Assembly: GCA_024695465.1 (NCBI GenBank)
Contig: JAILID010000154.1
Span: 1,681-65,680, forward strand
Origin: Lachnospiraceae bacterium
Lineage (GTDB): Bacteria > Bacillota > Clostridia > Lachnospirales > Lachnospiraceae
Reading direction: 5' to 3'
DNA: 64,000 nucleotides
Below, in pieces: positions 1-7,598 of this stretch; the first letter of the stretch is position 1, and each line of letters opens with the position of its first letter. A model generated the notes under the pieces. That model was not told the origin of the DNA. It did not search any database and saw only the letters and a list, made by a program, of their open reading frames with translations. The translations under genes and the position numbers were made by a program.

Positions 1-1467
1 GCCGGAGAAGACCCGGAAGAGCCAAAAGACCCGAAGGAAAGGGAAAAAGAGGACAGCGGGGAAGACCTGGAAGTCCTGACGGAAGGCGGGAGCGAAGAAT
101 CGGAGGAAGGCGAAAAGAAAAACGAGAAGGAAAACGAAGCGGCTGAAAACGAAGACAAGAAGGCAGAAAGCGGGAAAGAAGACGATACGGAGGAAGAAGC
201 GCCGGAAATGCTCTTTGAGGAAAGGGCCGGCAGCATCACGATCCGGGCGGACGCGCCCCGGGGCGCTTTGCCCCCTGACGCGGAGATGTTCGTAAAAAGG
301 ATTGAAGCCGCGGAAGTGGAAGACGCGGTCCGGGAAGCGCTTGGCGAGGCCGCGTTTGCTTCTCTCAGCGCGTTTTCTATCAGCTTCCGGGACGCCGCCG
401 GAAATGAGATCCTGCCGGAAAAGGCTGTCGGGCTTCATTTCCTTCCTGTGGAAGATTCGAAGGAGGAGGCTTTCCGCATCATCCGGATCGATGAGGAAGG
501 CCGGGGCCATGTGCTTGAGGAGGAAGAGGGGACAGCGCTGTTGGAAGAGGGCAGCGCATCCGCCTATGTCCTGGCCTATCCCAGGATCCTGACCGCCAGC
601 TATATCGCCATTTCCGGAGAGAACTACGAGTTCAGCGTGACCTGCGGGCCCGAGGCCGGGATCCCGGAGGGCGCCGTGCTTCGAATCAGCGAGGCCGGGG
701 ACCCGGATCTCATCCGCGGCTTCCGCGCCCTCGCGGGCGGGAGCCTCCGGGAGGGCCGGAAGCCCGGGGACTACTTCCGCCTCTTCGACATCAAGATCGT
801 GAAGGACGGGCAGGAGATCCAGCCAGCCGACGGCAGCGCCGTGACCGTGAGCGTCACCCTGAAGGATGCCGGGGAGAGGAAGCTCGCCGCGGTCCACTTC
901 GCGGAGGAGGCGGAAGCGGAGGGCGGCCTCCTGGCGGAGCTTCTGGAGACGGAAAGCCCGGACGACGCGGGCCGGGGGAACTTCTTCTTTGAGACCGGGA
1001 GCTTCTCCTACTTCGGATTTTTTACGGTGGATTTCGCCTATCAGGAGAAGGAGTACCGGCTGAGGGGGATGGAGAGCCTGCTGCTCAGCGAGCTGCTCGA
1101 AAAGCTGGGGATTGACGCGGACACGGCAGGCTGCAGGGCACATTTCAGTGACCCTGCACTCCTTAAGCTCAGCGCCCTGGACGCCGACGGCAACGTGATC
1201 GTGCCGGACACGGCGGGCTGGGACGCGGTAGCGGACTGGCACCTGGAGAGCCTGCGGATGATCGGCACGGAGGAAACACTTACGCTGACCCTGGCGGACG
1301 GGGCGCTGCTGGAGATCCGGGTGACGGATGAGATCCCGCTTGTCGCGCCCACCGGCCTAAGCCTTCCGTCGGAGCCCTACGCCCTGCTGCTTATCCTGGG
1401 CGCGTTGTTCATCCTGGCGCAGGCAGTTTCTGCCGGGAGCCTTTGGAAGGGAGGTGAAGAGGAATGA
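1..1467 (+). CDS. Cell-wall-anchored surface protein, C-terminal part (5' end lies outside the window); putative ancillary fibre/adhesin subunit
   Basis: Frame 1 is open from base 1 with no stop before the listed ATG at 208, so the ORF is cut by the window edge. The N-part is acidic and low-complexity. The C-terminus reads LVAPTGL, then the hydrophobic PYALLLILGALFILAQAV, then a charged tail, which is a sortase sorting signal. A sortase gene lies nearby. Confidence 0.7.
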   Translation, partial: AGEDPEEPKDPKEREKEDSGEDLEVLTEGGSEESEEGEKKNEKENEAAENEDKKAESGKEDDTEEEAPEMLFEERAGSITIRADAPRGALPPDAEMFVKRIEAAEVEDAVREALGEAAFASLSAFSISFRDAAGNEILPEKAVGLHFLPVEDSKEEAFRIIRIDEEGRGHVLEEEEGTALLEEGSASAYVLAYPRILTASYIAISGENYEFSVTCGPEAGIPEGAVLRISEAGDPDLIRGFRALAGGSLREGRKPGDYFRLFDIKIVKDGQEIQPADGSAVTVSVTLKDAGERKLAAVHFAEEAEAEGGLLAELLETESPDDAGRGNFFFETGSFSYFGFFTVDFAYQEKEYRLRGMESLLLSELLEKLGIDADTAGCRAHFSDPALLKLSALDADGNVIVPDTAGWDAVADWHLESLRMIGTEETLTLTLADGALLEIRVTDEIPLVAPTGLSLPSEPYALLLILGALFILAQAVSAGSLWKGGEEE

Positions 1468-1933
1468 TGGGATGATGAGCTGTAAAAAACGGAAAGAAGC
1501 ATGCCCTGACAAGGAGGGAACCTTATGGAAATAAGGAGGGGCGCTGCAAGGACGCCCGTAATGGGAACCCCCGTGTTTCCCTTGCGACAGGATTCGGGTC
1601 CGAAGGCAGCCCTGCCTGCCCGGCAGCAATGATGGCGGTGCGGCGCGCGTGAACGGCGGCAGCGGCGATGCTGACGGCATGGAAACCATGTCAATGACAC
1701 TCTCGGTGTACGCCCCGCATTGCCCGGCTGCCCGAAGTGTATGGAAGGCTCCATGCGCCTGTGCGCCGGGGAAAGGGGGCCCGGTTCCTTTTTGCAGGGC
1801 TATCTGTGGAAAAACACATGTTGTCGGAGGATCCGGGTGCGAAAGCTTTAGGGTATTGGGGATGGAATTGCTCCATCCCTCTGGAAGTCACAATAAAGAA
1901 GATATAAGAAGATACAAATAGGAGGATTTTTAT

Positions 1934-3898
1934 ATGAGACAGAGATTGAAATGGTTTATGGGCATCCTGTTAAGCTTGGCGATGCTGCTGGGATTGATGA
2001 TGAGTCAGACGGCGTATGCTGGAACAGATATATATAGTGGTCTGATTCCGGCTGCTGCAGATAGCGATGCTGAACTGACCTCAAAGCAGGTGACCTTCAA
2101 TGGTGTGAAGTGGTACATCATAAAGGATAACTCCAACGCAGCAGATGCCGGAACGGTAACCCTGCTGGCAGCGGATGGTAGTTTTGGAGATTCTTATTTT
2201 AAAGAAGATCAATCCTCACGTGCTTACGAAGATTCGGATGTGAAGAGGTATCTTGATAGTGTCATAACTGGAACTGCAGGAAATGGCAGGCCTGATTTCT
2301 CAGGTGTTGCAGGTGCAATGGCAGAGACTAATTTAACAGATGTGGGCGTTACCGGTGCTAAGCTTTATCTCCTATCCTTGAATGAAGCAGAGGACAACAT
2401 TCCTGAGAAGGTCCTTAAACCGGGGTACGGCCGGTTTGTTGATTGGTGGCTGCGTTCGCCCGGTATGGAAGAGGATAGGGCGGCGTACGTCAGCTGGGAC
2501 GGCGACATCTACAATTACGGCATCGAAGTCAATAATAAGAACGGCGTCCGCCCCGCTTTAAAGCTCAATCTTTCATCTGTCATCTTCGATTCTGAATCTA
2601 GAACATTTTCATTACCCCCTGAGTTTGCGACGTTGGCAAACGGCGAGGTTGGTGGCTTTACGACACCTGATATGGCGGTTTCCCAGCCGAAAAAAGTCTG
2701 CCTTAAAAAAGAGATAACAGTCTATAACCCGGATGGGGGGAAAGTCAATGCCCCCAGCATTACTTACAACTACGCCATTGCGTCAGAGACTGGGAGCGTA
2801 TCGGTGACTGACGATGCGACCGACCATGCGGGCAACAGTGCTCTTACGTCAACGGTCAAGGCCGGCGTAGGGATGTCTGAAATCGAAATCACATCAAGCC
2901 TTTCCTGGACGACAGAAGATGAATTGGATGCGGGTACTGACGGCGTTGCCAACACAAAGGACATCCAGGTGGATTTCAGCGATGTCGCATTTAGGGGCGC
3001 GGGTGTCTATCGTTATAAAATAACGGAGACGCTTGATGGAGATGGAATGACTTACGCTAAGACCGGCGTTACCGAGGGGAGTGGCGGCCATGAACGTTTC
3101 CTTGATGTCTATGTAAAAACGGCTGAGGGATACACGAATGGGATGGCGGCATCTGACTGGGATATCTATGGGTATGTCTGCGTGGCTAATGGCAGTGATG
3201 ATGTCAATACTGCAACAGTCAAGACGAACGGGTTCGTGAACTCTAGTACAGAGACTAACCCCAGCAACGCTGATAAGTATTACACCTATAACCTTACCCT
3301 GAGCAATAGAGTTGAGGGGGATAGCTTCAACAAGACCAATACCGCGTTCCCGTTTACGGTGATTTTTAAAACTGTAGAAGGTCAGCACACTCAAACCTTC
3401 AAAATCGGGCAGACTGTGGGGAATGGATCAACCGGCTTGGGCAATGGTGGAATAATTCCGGCAGGTAGTCCAGCCAATTGGAATGGCGTTGTCAAGGTCA
3501 AAGATAGCGCTCCGGTCAAACTTACAGGAATCCCCGCTGGCGTTGACGTTGATGTTTATGAGACCAATATTGCTGAAGGTACGACCTATAAGGTCTCGAC
3601 TTCTGTCAACAGCGATGACGCTGTGGTGGATGGCGCTGTAACTGCGGGTACACCACCTACTAATGTTGAGGCACAGGGCGAAACAAAGGCGAATTATCAG
3701 TCAACGAAAGCCACTGTGAATACCACATATGGCAATGAAGTGACTACGGCCCAGACGCTTGCCATCACCAACACCCTTGTTCTCATCTCCCCGACCGGCC
3801 TTGTCCTGCGCTTCGCGCCCTACGCGCTGCTGGTAGCCGGCGGCCTGCTTCTCTTCTTCACAGCCTTTAAGCGCCGCAGGGAGGAGGAAGCTGTATAA
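1934..3898 (+). CDS. Sortase-anchored pilin/adhesin: signal peptide, N-terminal DUF6273-like module, pilin/Cna-B-type repeats, ISPTG sorting signal
   Basis: AGGAGG lies 8 nt upstream of the ATG. There is an N-terminal signal peptide (LLSLAMLLGLMMSQTAYA). WWLRSPG and GVRPALKLNL motifs are typical of the DUF6273 module. VKLTGIPAGVDVDVYETN is a pilin-type strand motif. The C-terminal LISPTGL, hydrophobic segment and KRRREEE tail form the sorting signal. Confidence 0.8.
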   Translation: MRQRLKWFMGILLSLAMLLGLMMSQTAYAGTDIYSGLIPAAADSDAELTSKQVTFNGVKWYIIKDNSNAADAGTVTLLAADGSFGDSYFKEDQSSRAYEDSDVKRYLDSVITGTAGNGRPDFSGVAGAMAETNLTDVGVTGAKLYLLSLNEAEDNIPEKVLKPGYGRFVDWWLRSPGMEEDRAAYVSWDGDIYNYGIEVNNKNGVRPALKLNLSSVIFDSESRTFSLPPEFATLANGEVGGFTTPDMAVSQPKKVCLKKEITVYNPDGGKVNAPSITYNYAIASETGSVSVTDDATDHAGNSALTSTVKAGVGMSEIEITSSLSWTTEDELDAGTDGVANTKDIQVDFSDVAFRGAGVYRYKITETLDGDGMTYAKTGVTEGSGGHERFLDVYVKTAEGYTNGMAASDWDIYGYVCVANGSDDVNTATVKTNGFVNSSTETNPSNADKYYTYNLTLSNRVEGDSFNKTNTAFPFTVIFKTVEGQHTQTFKIGQTVGNGSTGLGNGGIIPAGSPANWNGVVKVKDSAPVKLTGIPAGVDVDVYETNIAEGTTYKVSTSVNSDDAVVDGAVTAGTPPTNVEAQGETKANYQSTKATVNTTYGNEVTTAQTLAITNTLVLISPTGLVLRFAPYALLVAGGLLLFFTAFKRRREEEAV

Positions 3899-3962
3899 TT
3901 CCTGACAGGATCGTTCCGGGAGGCGTTCCGCCCACCCGGAGCGGACGGTTTTCCCTGCCCTG

Positions 3963-3994
3963 GCGCGAACGGCAGCCCTGTCTGCCGTTCGCGC
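3963..3994 (+). terminator. Perfect 13-bp GC-rich hairpin downstream of the pilin gene (possible terminator or mRNA stabiliser, no T-run)
   Basis: gcgcgaacggcag / ctgccgttcgcgc flank a 6-nt loop, 65 nt after the stop codon. Confidence 0.4.
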
Positions 3995-4117
3995 TGGGCG
4001 CGCCGCGGGGAGGCGCATGGCCCCTCGGCGCTGTCCTGCCGCGTAAACAGTGGGGCTTCGGATAGGCGGGCAGAAAGGCGATAGCCTTTATCTGCTCGCG
4101 GTATTTGCCGCGTTTTT

Positions 4118-4148
4118 GCGGGCCGGCGCAGCCGCCGGCCCGCTTTTT
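4118..4148 (+). terminator. Rho-independent terminator
   Basis: gcgggccggcg-cagc-cgccggcccgc followed by TTTTT. Confidence 0.7.
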
Positions 4149-4243
4149 GGCGTTTGGCAGTGCCGCCATGGCCCATGGCGGCGGCCTTAGGCGGCAGGGC
4201 ATTTTCTGCTTTATTTCATTTTTGCCTTGTAAAAAAATAGACT

Positions 4244-4272
4244 CTGTAAGTATGCGGTATTAGTGGTATAAT
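4244..4272 (+). promoter_or_regulatory. Candidate sigma-A promoter (extended -10) for the sipA-like/sortase genes
   Basis: TGgTATAAT at 4264-4272. The -35 (ctgtaa) is weak, 17 nt upstream. Confidence 0.4.
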
Positions 4273-4342
4273 AGTTTGCGAAAGAAGCAAGAATTCTTGC
4301 GTTTTCAAGGAAAAAGCGTTTGACATGACAGGGAGGTTTCCG

Positions 4343-4933
4343 ATGATACAGCGAAAAGACGAGCAGGTCTCCGAGGAAAAGACCGATGAAGGGGAAAAGA
4401 TGAAGAAGGCCCTCCGCGCCTCGGAGAGGCGGGTCCGGGAGTACCAGACGCTCCTCATCCGTCTCCTGGCCCTGCTTTTGGTGGTCTGGGGTCTCTTTTT
4501 CGTCTTGCTGGGCCTGCTGAGGGCACCCAACAACGACATGCATCCCCGGATCGACAACGGGGACCTGATTCTCTATTACCGCCTGGACAAGGACGTCAGG
4601 GCCCGGGACGTGGTCGTGGTCGAGAAGGAGATCGACGGCAAGACGGAAGTGGCCGTCAGCCGCGTCGTCGCCGCGGCGGGCGACACGGTGGAGGTGACGG
4701 AAGGGGGGCAGCTCATCGTGAACGGGAACGCCCAGTCCGAGCCGGATATTGGCGGCCTTACCAGACCCTACGAGGGGAGCGAGGTTGTCTTCCCCCTGAC
4801 CCTGGGGGCGGATGAGTGCTTTGTCCTGGCGGACACCCGGGAGGGCGGCATGGACAGCCGCTATTTCGGCCCGGTGAAGAGGGACGAGATTGCGGGGACT
4901 GCTGTCTGCATCTGGCGCCGCGGCAACCTGTAA
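4343..4933 (+). CDS. Signal-peptidase-I-fold protein lacking the catalytic Ser/Lys dyad (SipA/LepA-type pilus assembly factor)
   Basis: GGGAGG lies 6 nt before the ATG at 4343. There is one N-terminal TM. Box B reads NNDMHPR where SPases have SM.P. Box D reads VSRVVAAAGDTV where SPases have KRV.G.PGD. Box E, GMDSRYFG, is retained. Compare the bona fide LepB at 19786. Confidence 0.8.
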   Translation: MIQRKDEQVSEEKTDEGEKMKKALRASERRVREYQTLLIRLLALLLVVWGLFFVLLGLLRAPNNDMHPRIDNGDLILYYRLDKDVRARDVVVVEKEIDGKTEVAVSRVVAAAGDTVEVTEGGQLIVNGNAQSEPDIGGLTRPYEGSEVVFPLTLGADECFVLADTREGGMDSRYFGPVKRDEIAGTAVCIWRRGNL

Positions 4934-4945
4934 GGAGGCGCCGGG

Positions 4946-6796
4946 ATGAAGAAGGAAACCATACTGGCAATCCTGGACAGGCTCCTGCCGCTCTTAAACG
5001 GGGCGTCCTCCCTGGCCTCCATGCTCCTGGCCGCCTTCCTGGTGGCCGCGGGGGGCGTTGCCATATACGACAACCTCTACACCGCGGAGTCGGCCCGCTC
5101 CGCCTGGGACGTCCTTGCCTACAAGCCGGAGGTCACGGAGGGGGATGACGGCGTAAGCCCCGGCGAGCTGGCCGCCCTCAACCCGGATTACCGGGCCTGG
5201 CTGACCATTTACGACAGTCCCATCGATTACCCCGTGGTCCAGGGGGAGGACGACCTTTACTACGCCTCCCACGATGTCTTCCGGAAGGGCAGCCTTTCGG
5301 GGGCCATCTATCTCGCAGCGGGCTGCAGCCCGGACTTTGGTGACAACTACAACCTGCTCTACGGCCACCACATGGACAACGACGCCATGTTCGGGGGGCT
5401 TGATCGCTATAAGGGGCAGGCTTATTTTGACAGGCACCGGGAGGGCCTTCTCGTCACCGGGGACGCGGTTTACGACCTGACGGTGTTCGGGTCTGTCAGC
5501 ACCCACGCCTACGACAGCCTGGTCTATGACACCGGCAGCCGGGATCTTGCGGGGATCATCGACCTTGCCCGGGAGGGCGGCCTTCCCTTCGACGCCTCCC
5601 TTGAAGGTGGGGACAAGGTCCTCGCCCTGTCCACCTGCGCCTCGGCCTCCACCGACGGCCGCATCATCGTCCTTGCCTATATGCGGGAACGGAAGGGCGG
5701 CGCGGGGCCGGGGGAAAGCGGCGGGCCGGATGAAAGCCGGACGGAGCCGGAAGAAAGCGTCCGGCCGGAAGAGGGCGGACAGCCTGTCGGGGACGGAAGC
5801 GGGTCCGGGGAGGACGCTTCGGAAGCTTCGGAGCGCGATGGTTCGGAAAGTGGAGGAGCCCCATCCGGTGACAGCCGCACGACATCTGTGGACGGCGGCG
5901 CTGCCGGGAGCGGTGGATCGTCAACTCCGGACGGCGGCGGGGCCGGGGACGGCGGAACGTCAACTCCGGACGGCGGCGGGGCCGGGGATGGCGGAGCGTC
6001 ATCTGCGGACAGAGGCATGGCGGAGGACAGCGGGGTTCTGGAGGACAGTGGAACATCTTCCGAGGACAGCGGGGTTCTGGAGGACAGTGGAACATCTTCC
6101 GAGGACAGCGGTGTTTCGGAAGACAGCAAAGCTCCGTCCGCGGACAGCGGCGGCGATGGCAAGACAGACGGCAGCAAGATCAGCATAGGGGAAGACGTAA
6201 GGGCAGGCACCGGATTGGGCGGCTGGCTTGCGGGGATTTTTGCGGGATTTAAGCCGGGCGCCGAGGAGAACGGCGGCCATGTCTGGGCCCTCGTCAACCT
6301 GATTGCCATGCTCCTTACCATATACCTCTTCCTGCCCCTGGGCTTCATAAGGCCCAAGTTCAGGAGGCGGAAGCTGCTGGAGGACTACCTTGAACAGCTG
6401 GAGGACGCCAACCCGGATGCGGGTTCCGGGGCTGAAGGCGCGGCCGGAGCTTCCCCGAAAGGCGCGGACGCGGCCGGCGAAGCTTCTCCGGAAGGCGCTG
6501 CTGCAGCAGCCGGCGGCTTGCCAGAAGATGCGGCGGCGGAGAGGGAAGATCCGGAAGATTCCCTGAAGCGCTTCAAGAGGAAGTATTTCACCGGCGTCGC
6601 GCTGGAGCCCTTCATTTCCCTTTTGGCCATTCTGGCCTTCCTTTACACGGAAGACCTGCGGCTGCCGATGGTCCTGATCGACCGCTACACGCCGCTCATG
6701 CTCCTAATCCTTTTAATATGCTGGATTGCCGACTTCTTTCTGGTCCGCAACCGGGATGTCGACATCAGCGAGGCGGATGCGGGGAAAACGGAGTGA
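4946..6796 (+). CDS. srtB: Class B sortase with acidic Ser/Gly/Asp/Glu repeat linker and C-terminal multi-TM extension
   Basis: AGGAGG RBS and an N-terminal TM. Motifs are NPDYRAWL, YPVVQ, the His motif LLYGHHMDN, the Cys motif LALSTC, and Arg in DGRIIVLA. After the catalytic domain come ~360 extra residues with 13-aa tandem repeats and 2-3 hydrophobic helices. Confidence 0.85.
   Translation: MKKETILAILDRLLPLLNGASSLASMLLAAFLVAAGGVAIYDNLYTAESARSAWDVLAYKPEVTEGDDGVSPGELAALNPDYRAWLTIYDSPIDYPVVQGEDDLYYASHDVFRKGSLSGAIYLAAGCSPDFGDNYNLLYGHHMDNDAMFGGLDRYKGQAYFDRHREGLLVTGDAVYDLTVFGSVSTHAYDSLVYDTGSRDLAGIIDLAREGGLPFDASLEGGDKVLALSTCASASTDGRIIVLAYMRERKGGAGPGESGGPDESRTEPEESVRPEEGGQPVGDGSGSGEDASEASERDGSESGGAPSGDSRTTSVDGGAAGSGGSSTPDGGGAGDGGTSTPDGGGAGDGGASSADRGMAEDSGVLEDSGTSSEDSGVLEDSGTSSEDSGVSEDSKAPSADSGGDGKTDGSKISIGEDVRAGTGLGGWLAGIFAGFKPGAEENGGHVWALVNLIAMLLTIYLFLPLGFIRPKFRRRKLLEDYLEQLEDANPDAGSGAEGAAGASPKGADAAGEASPEGAAAAAGGLPEDAAAEREDPEDSLKRFKRKYFTGVALEPFISLLAILAFLYTEDLRLPMVLIDRYTPLMLLILLICWIADFFLVRNRDVDISEADAGKTE
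5921..5998 (+). repeat. 39-bp tandem repeat x2 inside the sortase linker (STPDGGGAGDGGT/A)
   Basis: The unit tcaactccggacggcggcggggccggggacggcggaacg is repeated head-to-tail with 2-3 substitutions. Confidence 0.9.
6023..6127 (+). repeat. 39-bp tandem repeat x~2.6 inside the sortase linker (EDSGVLEDSGTSS)
   Basis: The unit gaggacagcggggttctggaggacagtggaacatcttcc is exact at 6023-6061 and 6062-6100, followed by a partial diverged third copy. Confidence 0.9.
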
Positions 6797-6824
6797 TCCG
6801 TGAAAACGTTCATTTGGTCTTCAT

Positions 6825-6865
6825 AAAGGGCCATGCCGCGGCATTTAGCTGCGGCATGGCCCTTT
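6825..6865 (+). terminator. Strong hairpin after the sortase gene (terminator candidate, poor T-run)
   Basis: aaagggccatgccgc / gcggcatggcccttt form a 15-bp perfect stem. Confidence 0.55.
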
Positions 6866-7219
6866 GGCTGCTGCCCGGAAATATGTTCTGCTTTTGAAGG
6901 CAGCGGCAATATTTATCCGTTTCAGGAGAACTTCCGGTCCGACTCCGCGATGGAGGATTAGCGGCCGTCCCGGGCAGTCTGAAAACAAAAGCAAGATTGA
7001 CGCCAATACAGTGATTTCCTGCCCGCGGGAAGCTATGAAAGTGACAATTTAACTGTATTTTGAATTTCAATCCAGCTCGCCCGGACAGCATCGAAGCGCG
7101 GCCGGGGCTTATGTATTATGGTTTTTTCAGCTCTTTATCGATGAATAAGAAGAATGTTCTTTTCTTTTTTGTCCGGAAGTTATATAATAGCCATATCTAT
7201 GAGAATTGGAGGGCGTAGT

Positions 7220-7576
7220 ATGAACGGACGTGTTAATTCCGAATACGGCGGAATCGAGATCAGCTCGGATGTTATCGCCATCATAGCCGGTTCGGCCGCA
7301 GTGGGCTGTTTCGGCGTGATCGGCATGGCTGCATACAGCATGAAAGACGGTCTTGTCCATCTGCTGAAGAAGGACAGCCTGCAGCGCGGGATCAACGTCA
7401 AGATAACAAATAATAAAATAGAACTGGTATTGCACTGCATTGTCTCATACGGGGTAAGTATTCCGGCCATAACGGATAACCTGATCGAGATTGTCCAATA
7501 TAAAGTGGAACAGTTTACTGGAATGGAGATCGAGCACATTGATATCCTGATCGAGGGTATCCGCGTGATTGATTAA
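7220..7576 (+). CDS. Asp23/Gls24 family envelope stress (alkaline shock) protein
   Basis: GGAGGG lies 7 nt upstream of the ATG at 7220. The N-terminus GIEISSDVIAIIAGSAAVGCFGV is typical of Asp23. It sits in the conserved position upstream of yloV-recG. Confidence 0.85.
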   Translation: MNGRVNSEYGGIEISSDVIAIIAGSAAVGCFGVIGMAAYSMKDGLVHLLKKDSLQRGINVKITNNKIELVLHCIVSYGVSIPAITDNLIEIVQYKVEQFTGMEIEHIDILIEGIRVID

Positions 7577-7598
7577 TTGTCAGGGAGGAAAAACAAAC

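Noticed and set aside
1649-1921. 90-aa + strand ORF in the gap upstream of the pilin gene
   Set aside because: It has no RBS and a Cys/Gly/Pro-rich composition typical of a random GC-rich frame. No motif was recognised.
5921-6127. Possible CRISPR-like repeat array
   Set aside because: The repeats are directly tandem with no spacers. They are in-frame 39-bp units inside a coding region, and there are no cas genes.
5526-6357. Alternative-frame ORFs (220 aa +, 226 aa -, 143 aa -) across the sortase repeat region
   Set aside because: They are created by the low-complexity GC-rich tandem repeats. The sortase frame is continuous from the catalytic domain into the C-terminal TM helices.
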